A stretch of 61,733 nt of DNA, from the IMG/VR virus record IMGVR_UViG_3300023371_000086; one strand, 5' to 3'. Positions 48,606-57,595 of this stretch are shown here, piece after piece (the stretch's first letter is position 1; the number at the start of each line of letters is the position of its first letter). Origin of the DNA: an uncultured virus (IMG/VR IMGVR_UViG_3300023371_000086) (lineage: Duplodnaviria; Heunggongvirae; Uroviricota; Caudoviricetes). The notes under the pieces are model-generated. The model was not told the origin of the DNA and made no database searches. It worked only from the letters and a program-made list of their open reading frames with translations. The translations under genes and the position numbers were made by a program.

Positions 48606-50576
48606 TTAGTCTTTCTTATAGAATGGTGTCATATAACCGTCTGCATTTAGAGGTAAATCAGAAGCCCAATCTGGAGGACATCCCATTATTCTAATCATGC
48701 CTTCATACCACTGTTGCTCTGTGCCATCACATGGTATTTCAGCAATAGCCTCATCATGAACGTGCATTGTAATTCCATAACCAGCTTCTTCAAGCTTGAG
48801 CATTGAATATCCAATTAGGTCTCTAGCTATAGCTTGCACGATGTTCTCCGTAAGCTTACCGCCGTATGTATCAATATCACCCCATTGTTTTGTCTCTTGT
48901 ACAATGCCATCATAACAAAGCAGCTTTACTCTTTGCTTATTCTTTACTCTTTCAACGAATCTTGGATTGCGATAGAACAATGAACGGCCAGATGGGAGTG
49001 TTACAGTGAAATACTCGCCGTTGCAGTCAAATATCAAGTTTCTTGGAGTACCAACTACACGTCTTTGATAGCGTACAGCTTCATGCGCGCAGTCTTCAAC
49101 TTCCTGCCATAGCTCAACTATTCTAGGATTAGCTTTTCTCCACTTGCGTACAATATCCATCATCTCTGTGTCACTCATTCCCATCTTGTCACCGCCCATT
49201 CTCTTCATTGCACCTAGAGAACCTTGATAGCCAAGAGCAAGTTCTGCATTCTTGGCTTTAGCGCGTAAATCAGAGCCTTTTGTTACAGCTGATATTGGAA
49301 CATTAAACATTCTGGCTCCAGCCGCTTCGTAGATTTTACCATCGCCTCTAAATACGTCCATTCTCCACTCTTCATTAGCAAGCCAAGATACTACTCTTGC
49401 CTCAATCGCAGAGAAGTCTGCTACACAGAATGTCATGCCTTTTGGAGCTATAAGCGCTGTTCTCACAAGTTGTGAAAGTATATCAGCAACATCATCATAC
49501 ATCATCTCGCAAGCTTGCCAATCTTTTGCTCGTATTAGCTCACGTGGCAATTCTATATTCTCGAGATGGTTCTTAGATAGATTCTGCAATTGCAAAAGAC
49601 GTCCAGCCCAACGACCAGTTCTATTTGCTCCGTAAAATTGGAATGTTCCTCGCACTCGGTTATCTCTCATTGCACAGTTAATCATCGCATAATACTTTTT
49701 AACTGACGAGCGTGAAAGCTTTTGACGAGTTTCAAGAACTTCAACAACATCTTTATCTTTTGAGTACTTGCTAATTAGAAGTGGTATTTGGTCTTTTGCA
49801 AGAGAAGTTATTTCGTCGCCTGTTTTTCTAGACAGCCATTTACACAATTGAACTGGCGAATTTGGATTCTCAAGACCATTTATTGCTCTTGACTTCTCCA
49901 TAAGAACATCTGTGTAAATAGTATCAACTTCAATCGCAGCATTTGCAAGCTCCATATCAACCAATATACCTCTATCGTTTATGTGCTGGTCGAGAATATA
50001 GAGCTGCCTTTCAAAATCAGGAATTACGTATTGCTTCAGCAGCTGGTCTATTTCGCGCTCAGCGAGTACGTCATACACGTTATATTCTTTGTACATTTCC
50101 CATTTTTCAGGAGCATCCCAAGGATAATTACGAGTACGACCTCCATTTATCTTAGTAGGCTTACAGGGGCAAGAAAAATACTTGATAAGGGCTTTACCTG
50201 TATCAAGTTTCTTATTAGTAAGGTCTAGACGCTTAGAGACTTCATCCAGTGAAAGTGGTAAGCCACAATACGCGGCCTTCACAGATGTACAATACCACTG
50301 TTCAACAGGAATATCATATCCAATTCTTCTGAAGCTCAAACGTTCAAAAACAGCATTGTGCGCATGTTTCCTAAAATCAGGGTCAAATAGAGCTTCTTCA
50401 AACTCATCAGCCATTGGCTCACCTTGTGCCAAATCAATAGTTATTACAGGACCATCATTTATAGCATAGCTTATGATAAGTATCTCAAAGTCTGGCGACT
50501 CAATATACTTATAAGCTCCTGAGGTCTTAATATCTACTGACGAGTATGTCTCAATGTCAATATATATATCTTGCAT
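48606..50576 (-). CDS. family A DNA polymerase
   Basis: DIETYS exonuclease, AHNAVFER, RTGRWAG, ADFSAIEAR, KNAELALGYQG, MHVHDE; likely start MQDIY at 50576. Confidence 0.95.
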   Translation of the reverse strand: MQDIYIDIETYSSVDIKTSGAYKYIESPDFEILIISYAINDGPVITIDLAQGEPMADEFEEALFDPDFRKHAHNAVFERLSFRRIGYDIPVEQWYCTSVKAAYCGLPLSLDEVSKRLDLTNKKLDTGKALIKYFSCPCKPTKINGGRTRNYPWDAPEKWEMYKEYNVYDVLAEREIDQLLKQYVIPDFERQLYILDQHINDRGILVDMELANAAIEVDTIYTDVLMEKSRAINGLENPNSPVQLCKWLSRKTGDEITSLAKDQIPLLISKYSKDKDVVEVLETRQKLSRSSVKKYYAMINCAMRDNRVRGTFQFYGANRTGRWAGRLLQLQNLSKNHLENIELPRELIRAKDWQACEMMYDDVADILSQLVRTALIAPKGMTFCVADFSAIEARVVSWLANEEWRMDVFRGDGKIYEAAGARMFNVPISAVTKGSDLRAKAKNAELALGYQGSLGAMKRMGGDKMGMSDTEMMDIVRKWRKANPRIVELWQEVEDCAHEAVRYQRRVVGTPRNLIFDCNGEYFTVTLPSGRSLFYRNPRFVERVKNKQRVKLLCYDGIVQETKQWGDIDTYGGKLTENIVQAIARDLIGYSMLKLEEAGYGITMHVHDEAIAEIPCDGTEQQWYEGMIRIMGCPPDWASDLPLNADGYMTPFYKKD

Positions 50577-50605
50577 AATTATAAGTGTGTTTGCATTTAA
50601 AAAAA

Positions 50606-50786
50606 ACAAAGGGCTTCTAGCATGTACCTCTTTTCCAGGCAAAAGTATAAATCCTGACCTCTCAGAGGCTGCCTGATACTTGCGCATCGTCTGCCAGTCT
50701 GCCCTCGTAAAGGCACTTGACTTTATACACGGCTTTACTTTTCTAATGTCCATCTTTCGAGACAAGTATCATTTTCGGCCCTTTGT
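50606..50786 (-). ncRNA. putative structured ncRNA 1
   Basis: 9-bp closing stem ACAAAGGGC/GCCCTTTGT with U tract, nested TGATACTTG/CAAGTATCA stem, GAAA and UACG tetraloop hairpins. Confidence 0.6.
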
Positions 50787-50798
50787 ACTACTCTTTCG

Positions 50799-51027
50799 TT
50801 ATAGTCGTCACATATTTCAGCTGCTATACTTTATCGCTTCGTAGTAGTCTTGCGTTGGCTTTCTTGACGGCAATAAATTGTCTAATGCTTCGAGCAGATT
50901 GCATACCTGTATCACACTATAAAAAATGGCATTTCGAGTTCAATACTCTTATTCCGGCATCTAGACAGGTAGCTTAGAAGTGGCCTCCAGAATAGCACGA
51001 TGTATATCTTTTCAATCGTGACTATAA
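50799..51027 (-). ncRNA. putative structured ncRNA 2
   Basis: TTATAGTC/GACTATAA closing stem; internal TACCTGT/ACAGGTA, CACGAT/ATCGTG, TGCT-TCG-AGCA. Confidence 0.4.
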
Positions 51028-51104
51028 GTTTCTAAGTAGTTTATTGCAGTAATCAAAGACTGCGAGACAGATGAAACTTAACAAAACAGTAGTCTCTTTT
51101 CGTT

Positions 51105-51177
51105 TTAGCTGAAATAGGAATACAGTCTTCTTACTAAATTCCCGCAACTATCCAGTATGCGTTTTTATTTCAGCTAA
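51105..51177 (-). ncRNA. putative three-way-junction small RNA
   Basis: 12-bp stem TTAGCTGAAATA/TATTTCAGCTAA enclosing two hairpins (CGCA/TGCG, GGAAT/ATTCC). Confidence 0.5.
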
Positions 51178-51187
51178 TAGCAATTTG

Positions 51188-51258
51188 CTGAGATATAGGG
51201 ATTCGAACCCTAACTGAAGGAACCAAAATCCTTAGTGCTACCGTTACACCATATCTCA
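51188..51258 (-). tRNA. trnQ: tRNA-Gln(TTG)
   Basis: TGAGATA/TATCTCA acceptor, AAGGA-TTTTGGT-TCCTT anticodon arm, TAGGG-TTCGAAT-CCCTA T arm; CCA not encoded. Confidence 0.93.
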
Positions 51259-51262
51259 GTTT

Positions 51263-51283
51263 TTGGCCTCTTAAGAGGCCTTT
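51263..51283. terminator. hairpin/terminator-like element
   Basis: GGCCTC-TTAA-GAGGCC. Confidence 0.45.
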
Positions 51284-51359
51284 GTAAAGATGCAAACAAT
51301 TAACGTTTCACAACGGTTTTTAACAAACTTAATTTATGAAAATATCATGTTAGAGGCAG

Positions 51360-51556
51360 TACCCAGAGCAGGATTCGAACCTGCAACTCTTTTATATGAC
51401 GATAGTGACCAGATATAAGACAGTGTGAGGTAGTAAAAGCAAGGTGAAAAGAATCCGATCGAGCATCCCTGCTTGCGGTTACGGCGATTGCGCTGAGGCA
51501 TCCTTTTGAGTCTGACCGCTTCAAGCTCCGTGCAATACCAATTCTGCCATCTGGGT
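51360..51556 (-). ncRNA. 197-nt tRNA-like RNA with large insertion in place of the anticodon loop
   Basis: ACCCAGA/TCTGGGT acceptor, TGGCAGAATTGGTATTGC D arm, GCAGG-TTCGAAT-CCTGC T arm. Confidence 0.8.
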
Positions 51557-51562
51557 ATTTAA

Positions 51563-51580
51563 GAGCCTCCGAAGAGGCTC
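51563..51580 (-). terminator. hairpin downstream of ssb
   Basis: GAGCCTC-CGAA-GAGGCTC (UUCG loop on minus strand). Confidence 0.55.
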
Positions 51581-51635
51581 ATGAGTAGTAATTAAAATGA
51601 CAAATTATCACGTAGTAAGCGCTGTCGCAGCGGTA

Positions 51636-52190
51636 TTACATGAGGTCATCGTCTGAGTAAGCGTTGTCACCTCCAAAATCGTCTTCAGCTGAAGAGCCTC
51701 CTGCGAGCATCTCACCGTCTGCCAACTTCTGAAGATTGTTAAGGCCACATGCGATACCTTTTGACTGCACATTGAATGCATAGAAGTTTACTGACGCACG
51801 GCCATAGCAGCCTGAGTAGAATTCTCCTTTATCCATAATTGGATTGAGGTCCTTGTCAACGATACTAGGCTTTCTCGTAGAGCTTGCATTGATGAAGTAG
51901 CATCCTTCATAAGCTGGGTCATCTTCACGCTCAAGGTCACCATCGCGGAGAGGCGTCTTAAGATTTGAAGGAATCTTGCCCTGGCTATTAACAAGCTTAC
52001 TCTTTCCGATTTCGATTGCTGCATCAATAGCCTTACGAACTGCATTGAGCGTCTTCTCATCTTCCTTCGGAATAAGAATACAGATGTTATACTTAGGTGT
52101 ATCGCCTTCATTCATTGTTGTAGGCTCGAATACGTTAACGTAGCAAAATCTTACTTTGCCAGTTATAACTTTTGTTGAATTTGCGTCCAT
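51636..52190 (-). CDS. single-stranded DNA-binding protein (DUF2815, T7 gp2.5-like)
   Basis: VRFCYVNVFEP, PLRDGD, FYSGCYGRASV, GIACGLNNLQK, acidic tail. Confidence 0.92.
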   Translation of the reverse strand: MDANSTKVITGKVRFCYVNVFEPTTMNEGDTPKYNICILIPKEDEKTLNAVRKAIDAAIEIGKSKLVNSQGKIPSNLKTPLRDGDLEREDDPAYEGCYFINASSTRKPSIVDKDLNPIMDKGEFYSGCYGRASVNFYAFNVQSKGIACGLNNLQKLADGEMLAGGSSAEDDFGGDNAYSDDDLM

Positions 52191-52212
52191 TGCTTTTGTG
52201 TATTAGATAAAT

Positions 52213-53409
52213 TTAAGAAAAATCTGATATTGCCTGCTGGTATCCCATAGCTTGTCTTTTGTCGCTGTCAGGAACCAAAGTAGGTTTGCCTTCTGGCTTT
52301 ATTACTACATCGTTAAGTATATCTGCAAATCTCTTTTTGCCGAGCAACTTTTCGATGCTTGTAAGTGTTTTTAGCTTGGTCTCAAGTACTTCGTCTTCAG
52401 AGAGTTCTGGGCATCTTGCAAAGATTGCTTGCATTGCTGTATCTTCATCAACCCATTTACGTACGCTACATCCTTCAACTAACTTAAAACCAGGCCATTT
52501 TTTATTCTCAGTTATAGCTTTCTCTTGTGCATAAGCGAGTATGCTATTAGCCCATTCTGTAAGTTGTGGAGTTCGCTTAAGTATGTCTGCAATCTCCTCG
52601 TCAGTGAGTAAAGACGGCTCTTTGAAATCATACTTAGCTATTTCCAACTGCTGCTCATAAAGCTTACGGCATTTGTTCTTTACTGCACAGAATTTACAGT
52701 GGTCTCCGGCAACTAATTCACCCTCGCCTTTAAAAGCCAACTGCGCTCTTGGTTTGAGCTCTTCTTCTGCCCAATTACATAGCTCTTCGACTGAAATATC
52801 GAAAGAAGAAACATTGTTTATACGAGGCTGCACAATAGTAAGCTTAACTTTCTCTATGTCATAGAACGTATCATACTTACGAAGCGCGCCAAGTCCATAA
52901 AGCATAAGTTGCTTGTTCCATTCTGCATAAACTGGTACACCTTTTCCGTACTTCAAATCAATTACTTCGAGAACTGAATCGTTGATAATTACACAGTCTG
53001 CTGTTCCAAAGCTATCTGGTACATACTCAGTAAGGTCGAGCTTTTGCTCAATTTCCATTACAGCAAATATGTTCTCCGTTTTTGCACATAACAGTTGGCC
53101 TTCACAATACTCAGTGTATATAGGCACCATATCGAGCATCTCTTCATTGAAAAGCTCATTTGACATTATCTCTTCGAGTTTACTGTCAAAATCTGCTTCT
53201 GAAACAGTGTGCATAATATCTTTTCTTATGTAAAGCTCTGCTAGCTCATGTGCTAGAGTACCTTCAGCAGCATAAGGAGAAGATTTACGCTCACCATACT
53301 CATCTTCAAGCTTAGCCGACGGTGTACAAGCTAACCATCTACTTGCGCCTGATGCCGACAGAAGAGCGTGTGCTCTCTGAGCGTGATTTATCTTTGTCGT
53401 TTGTGCCAT
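52213..53409 (-). CDS. DUF2800 Cas4-like PD-(D/E)xK nuclease
   Basis: HALLSASGASRWLACTPS, EGTLAHE, FGTADC, IDLKYGKG, QLMLYGLG, HCKFC. Confidence 0.9.
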   Translation of the reverse strand: MAQTTKINHAQRAHALLSASGASRWLACTPSAKLEDEYGERKSSPYAAEGTLAHELAELYIRKDIMHTVSEADFDSKLEEIMSNELFNEEMLDMVPIYTEYCEGQLLCAKTENIFAVMEIEQKLDLTEYVPDSFGTADCVIINDSVLEVIDLKYGKGVPVYAEWNKQLMLYGLGALRKYDTFYDIEKVKLTIVQPRINNVSSFDISVEELCNWAEEELKPRAQLAFKGEGELVAGDHCKFCAVKNKCRKLYEQQLEIAKYDFKEPSLLTDEEIADILKRTPQLTEWANSILAYAQEKAITENKKWPGFKLVEGCSVRKWVDEDTAMQAIFARCPELSEDEVLETKLKTLTSIEKLLGKKRFADILNDVVIKPEGKPTLVPDSDKRQAMGYQQAISDFS

Positions 53410-53510
53410 TGCTTACGTCTATTGTTCTTATTACTCGTATGCGAGTATCCTCTGATAATGTCTGCCTAAAAGCCTTATTGGCTCTTTTGAGTTTAGCTGT
53501 GCTGCTCATG

Positions 53511-53999
53511 CTACAAACTGTTTAGGAAATCATACATTTCCTGGTACTTAGATGGGTCCAGCTTAGTTACACTCGGAGCTCCCAACTCATTGAGCTTATT
53601 TTTGATAGCCTCTCTGTGGTCATTTACCTTCGTAGCGAGAACTGCTCTCACGCTCTCAATTGTAATTGTGCTTGCTGGCTGTGCTTGTGGCTCTGGCTTT
53701 TTCTCTTCTGCTTTCTTAGCTTCTTCTGCGGCTGCTTTTCCAGCTTCACTGGCTTTTTGCACTAATGATTCTACCGCATTTGGAATCTCATTTGCAATTG
53801 CGCCTTGAACAGGATTACAACAACCAGATTGAATCATTCCGAGTACTGCTTTGATAGGTTCTAGAGAGTCTTTCAAGCCCTCATTAGCTTCTTGAGCAGC
53901 TTCAATTTTTTTCTCTACAATCTGTGATACAAAATCCTTTGTACCTTGTGACAAGTCAACGTTTACGCTGATTGACACTTCAAATTTAATTGGTTCCAT
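53511..53999 (-). CDS. conserved replication-module hypothetical protein
   Basis: C-terminal VRAVL...IKxKLxELGAxSVTKLDPSKY typical of genes upstream of DUF2800; start MEPIKF. Confidence 0.75.
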   Translation of the reverse strand: MEPIKFEVSISVNVDLSQGTKDFVSQIVEKKIEAAQEANEGLKDSLEPIKAVLGMIQSGCCNPVQGAIANEIPNAVESLVQKASEAGKAAAEEAKKAEEKKPEPQAQPASTITIESVRAVLATKVNDHREAIKNKLNELGAPSVTKLDPSKYQEMYDFLNSL

Positions 54000-54402
54000 T
54001 TTCTTGTTGATATTTGGTAATAATGTAGTCAAGATATTTTGTAAAGTCATCTATGCTTATACCATTATCTATAAAGCCAGTAGCTACAACTTTATTATCT
54101 TCATACACTGATAAGAAAGTATTACCGTGATTGAGCTTTGCAGTAAAACGGCCTTTCTTGAAAGCTAACAGCCCATTGTCTAACGCATTAGTCCATGTAT
54201 CAAGCATAAACAATTCTGAAGGCATAATACCTATGTGCGCAGCTAATTTTTCTAGTTGGTCTACAGAAAGACTTGATTCGCCTTTGAGAATTCTTGCAAA
54301 TGCTAGCTTTGGATATTTAGCATCGGGAAATAATACCTTGGCAAGTTCTTCTATGTCAAGATTGTAATTTTCAACGATGCTATTTATATTAAACTGTGTC
54401 AT
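53986..54402 (-). CDS. XRE-like helix-turn-helix regulator
   Basis: ELAKVLFP...RILKGESSLSVDQLEKLAAHIGI. Confidence 0.7.
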   Translation of the reverse strand: MTQFNINSIVENYNLDIEELAKVLFPDAKYPKLAFARILKGESSLSVDQLEKLAAHIGIMPSELFMLDTWTNALDNGLLAFKKGRFTAKLNHGNTFLSVYEDNKVVATGFIDNGISIDDFTKYLDYIITKYQQENGTN

Positions 54403-54423
54403 GTTATTTCTTTTAAATTGACT

Positions 54424-54465
54424 CTGCAAATATAATATAAAAAATTGAAATATGAAAATTTTTTT
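54424..54465 (-). promoter_or_regulatory. Bacteroidota promoter for replication operon
   Basis: Minus strand AAATTTTCATATTTCAA...TTATATTTGCAG, similar to the 30110-30252 promoters. Confidence 0.7.
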
Positions 54466-54554
54466 AATAAAAAGTACGAAAAATTTTATAAATTCTTATA
54501 ACTAATTGAAAATCAATTGAATATCTCAATACATATATAATACGCGTGCGCGGA

Positions 54555-54760
54555 GTGGAAACAATAAACAAAATAAACAACGTTCCCCCATAGTTTAGAG
54601 AGCGCTTTTTCAATTTTTCTATTGGTCGATATTTCGACAAAACTACCTTGAAAAGATTTAGAAAAATATTGTTTATTTTGTTTACAGACTGTATAACTCG
54701 TTGAAAATCAATCCCTTGAATTGTAAACAATGAGTTGTTTATTTTGTTTACTTTGTTTCT
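54555..54760 (-). repeat. iteron-rich cis-element copy 2 (inverted relative to 29412..29630)
   Basis: Reverse complement aligns with copy 1 over three blocks. Confidence 0.7.
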
Positions 54761-55386
54761 ACACTTACATAGTCCACGTCTATGATTTCTGTATTTGGAT
54801 TTTTGCTAACAACGTCGACATCTCTGCGTTTAATCTTATTTGTTTTCCACAAAAATCCCAAGAATCGTTTTCGCTCGACTGATTCTACCACAGTTAGAGC
54901 CTCTCTGTTGTGTATATCTAATGCAACTAAGTTATTGTCCAAGTCAATTTGGCCTAACACGTCAATCCAATGTGACTTATATTCAAATGATTTGGCGTTG
55001 CGTATTATCGTATCGTGTACTATGACAGTATCTTTAAGCTCGGTATACAGTTTATAAATGGTCTCGTGCTGCATATCGATAACCTTCTGCATATCAGATT
55101 TATCGAGCTTAAGTTTATTTATAAGCTCTAAATCATCGTGCCTAAATTTCTTGTATTCTTCAAGCGTAAGTCTGAGCTCAGATACTTTGTATGCATTAAG
55201 GCTATCAGAAATTCTGTATTTTCTACACTCAGCTACGATGGCATTATTTTCAGATAGCAATAGAGATTGGTTGCTCTGTAGCCTCATATTCTCGTCTTTT
55301 AGATTTGATATTCTGGCAAATGATATAGCAATGGTTACTATAGTCGCAATGATAATTGATAATTTTATTACAGTTGTTGTCTTCAT
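54748..55386 (-). CDS. Rz-like membrane-anchored coiled-coil protein (spanin candidate)
   Basis: N-terminal TM, coiled coil, KRFLGFLW; downstream of endolysin. Confidence 0.6.
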   Translation of the reverse strand: MKTTTVIKLSIIIATIVTIAISFARISNLKDENMRLQSNQSLLLSENNAIVAECRKYRISDSLNAYKVSELRLTLEEYKKFRHDDLELINKLKLDKSDMQKVIDMQHETIYKLYTELKDTVIVHDTIIRNAKSFEYKSHWIDVLGQIDLDNNLVALDIHNREALTVVESVERKRFLGFLWKTNKIKRRDVDVVSKNPNTEIIDVDYVSVETK

Positions 55387-55510
55387 GGGAAAATTATTTT
55401 AGGACATTCTAGGGTACTCAAATTTTTTGAACGATTAGTAATATTATTATATAAATAAAATGCGCTCTTAGCTATAGAGGATAGCTCCTGGCGCATTTTA
55501 TAATTTAGGT

Positions 55511-55936
55511 TTACCTGTCCAAAAAGTAACTATACTCTTTTTGAACATCGAAGCATGGACAGTCCTTTTTTGCGAATTCATTATGGCCATGGATTGTAGC
55601 TCTAGGATAGCGAGTAACCAGTTCTTGTAACAATTCAATAAGAGCCGCTTTTTGTTCGGGCGTTCGTGTGTCTTTTGAAATTAGCTTATTGCCTTGCTTT
55701 TCACATCCACCTATGTAGCATATACCTATGCTGCAAGCGTTATGTAAAGAGCAATGCGCGCCTTGCATAGACTCGTCACGGCCTTTATGTATTGAGCCAT
55801 CAAGATATATAACATAATGGTATCCAATGCACTTAAAGCCTTTCTCTTTATGCCATTTATCTAAGTCCTCTACAGTAGTCTCACGGCCTTCAGGAGTAGC
55901 TGAACAGTGAATAATTATTTCGTTAATCTTACGCAT
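55511..55936 (-). CDS. endolysin, T7-lysozyme-like amidase (Amidase_2)
   Basis: IIIHCSAT, IGYHYVI, GAHC, SIGICYIGG, GHNEFAKKDCPCF. Confidence 0.95.
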   Translation of the reverse strand: MRKINEIIIHCSATPEGRETTVEDLDKWHKEKGFKCIGYHYVIYLDGSIHKGRDESMQGAHCSLHNACSIGICYIGGCEKQGNKLISKDTRTPEQKAALIELLQELVTRYPRATIHGHNEFAKKDCPCFDVQKEYSYFLDR

Positions 55937-56402
55937 GTTTCTTGTATTTAGATAACATATCACTGATTGTGCTTAGCACTTCAGCTCCTTGCTCCGATGT
56001 AGCAGCTTCGACTATCTGCTTCACCATATCTGGTACTTCTGCTGCATGCGAGTGTTTGCGTTGGCTATTCTCTATAACTGAACGAGCTTCTATGCAAATT
56101 ATACCAATTGCGCATAGCATGGTCGCAAACGGTAATGAGTAGAAAGGCAGTAGAGCTCCAAGCATATCAAACATGAGAGTGAAAATTAACACTCGCCAGT
56201 ATTCTCCAATTTTAACTATTGTACGTCTCAATCCGTGAGAATGCAGGCTTTCACCAAGGGCTTTTGCAGTGCTAGTACCACTCCAAAAATCAACAAGGCA
56301 TGCACACATGACAAAAAACCAACAGACAAGAGTTATACACACTCTCACTGTTATGTAAAATGTCAGTGCATCGTAGTCTTTCAATTCTATTAGTTCGAGC
56401 AT
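55929..56402 (-). CDS. holin
   Basis: Three TM segments, DFWSG, SHGLRRTIVK, EARSVIEN; homolog of 5779..6258. Confidence 0.85.
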   Translation of the reverse strand: MLELIELKDYDALTFYITVRVCITLVCWFFVMCACLVDFWSGTSTAKALGESLHSHGLRRTIVKIGEYWRVLIFTLMFDMLGALLPFYSLPFATMLCAIGIICIEARSVIENSQRKHSHAAEVPDMVKQIVEAATSEQGAEVLSTISDMLSKYKKHA

Positions 56403-56794
56403 AACATCTTTTGAAAAATATTGTAAAACATTCCTCTTATTATTTCACCTACTAAATAACTAGCATCTTCACTGTACGGACTGAAGTTTAGTGCTTTTGC
56501 TATGTGCTTTTCTATGTGGTCTATTTCGTGTGCAAAGCTATTGAAAAATTCCCAAATATTAGTAGTTTTTGAAATAACTATTATACTAGACCTACGTTTA
56601 TACTTAGTGTATGCTAAACCGTTATTGCAAAACCCTGAATATAAAAGCCTTTCAGCTCTTCGCATAAACCGTCTACCACAGCCTAAATCATACAGCGCAT
56701 CAAGTATGTCTTCTGCATCACTAGCGTCAGTCATGATAAAATATTCTATACGCCAGTTAGCATAATTTTCTAGATGAAAGTTGCCAGTTATCAT
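56390..56794 (-). CDS. HExxH zincin-like putative metallopeptidase (module gene 6, right copy)
   Basis: NSFAHEIDH...PYSEDA; ATGA-coupled to upstream gene and overlapping holin start. Confidence 0.75.
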   Translation of the reverse strand: MITGNFHLENYANWRIEYFIMTDASDAEDILDALYDLGCGRRFMRRAERLLYSGFCNNGLAYTKYKRRSSIIVISKTTNIWEFFNSFAHEIDHIEKHIAKALNFSPYSEDASYLVGEIIRGMFYNIFQKMLCSN

Positions 56795-57216
56795 AGTATG
56801 TCTTCCCATTCAACAGGTATGCCTCTGGAGGTCATTTCAGCATCCCACTTACGCATAATTTCTCCGTCACCAAGCTGAGGGTCATCGATGATGTCCTTTA
56901 CGTACATAGCCAAATGCTGCTCATCAACGATGCTGCTCTTAAACAAAACAGATTTGCCTTTGTTAGCAACATATACATAGTCATAGTCTACGCTATTTTC
57001 AAGAACAACATTGTACTTTGTGAGCATAGCATCTACCTGCTCTTTAGTCATCTTCTCAACCTTTTCAACTTTACCTGTTACAGTATTCTTTTTGCGAATA
57101 AGGTTAACAGCAAAATCACATGCTTTCCTTGTGAAATGAAAACCATAATGTCTTAGGTACGTCTTCATTCCATCAGGTAAATCTTCGTCGTAAATGTCTA
57201 ATGGTACTCTTTTCAT
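56791..57216 (-). CDS. conserved hypothetical protein (module gene 5, right copy)
   Basis: Homolog of 343..774. Confidence 0.85.
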   Translation of the reverse strand: MKRVPLDIYDEDLPDGMKTYLRHYGFHFTRKACDFAVNLIRKKNTVTGKVEKVEKMTKEQVDAMLTKYNVVLENSVDYDYVYVANKGKSVLFKSSIVDEQHLAMYVKDIIDDPQLGDGEIMRKWDAEMTSRGIPVEWEDIL

Positions 57217-57231
57217 AACTTTACATAATTT

Positions 57232-57266
57232 AAGGGAGGAACTATGCTTTTGCACAGTCCCTCCCA
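57232..57266 (-). terminator. hairpin between module genes 4 and 5
   Basis: GGGAGG...CCTCCC stem. Confidence 0.45.
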
Positions 57267-57273
57267 GTGTTAA

Positions 57274-57582
57274 TTACCTACGGCGATATCTACGCCTACC
57301 GTAACGTCCTGTTCCAGGAACTCCGCGACGCTCGTCCATGTCGTCATCATCGTCATCATAGTCGTCGTCATCGTAGTCATCACGGAAGTTTCCACCTCCG
57401 CCCATGCCGCTGCCTCCGGCCATTCCGCCGCCATTACCACGACCTCCTCTTTCGTCGAAATCCTCGTCATCCATGAGTTCTTCGACTAGTTCAAAGAGTT
57501 TCTTGGCGCTCTTATGAACCTTCTTTGTGCACTCATAAAGCTTTTCAGCTTTAGCTTTCTTAAGCCTAATTATTGTTGCCAT
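57274..57582 (-). CDS. Gly/Asp/Arg-rich low-complexity protein (module gene 4, right copy)
   Basis: Homolog of 819..1121. Confidence 0.75.
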   Translation of the reverse strand: MATIIRLKKAKAEKLYECTKKVHKSAKKLFELVEELMDDEDFDERGGRGNGGGMAGGSGMGGGGNFRDDYDDDDYDDDDDDMDERRGVPGTGRYGRRRYRRR

Positions 57583-57595
57583 GATTCAATACTTT

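Noticed and set aside
50577..50765. 63-aa N-terminal extension of the DNA polymerase
   Set aside because: Exonuclease motif begins right after ATG 50576; the upstream part is better explained as structured RNA.
52213..53409. Cas4-like nuclease as CRISPR adaptation gene
   Set aside because: It is the ordinary DUF2800 member of the DUF2800-DUF2815-PolA replication module.
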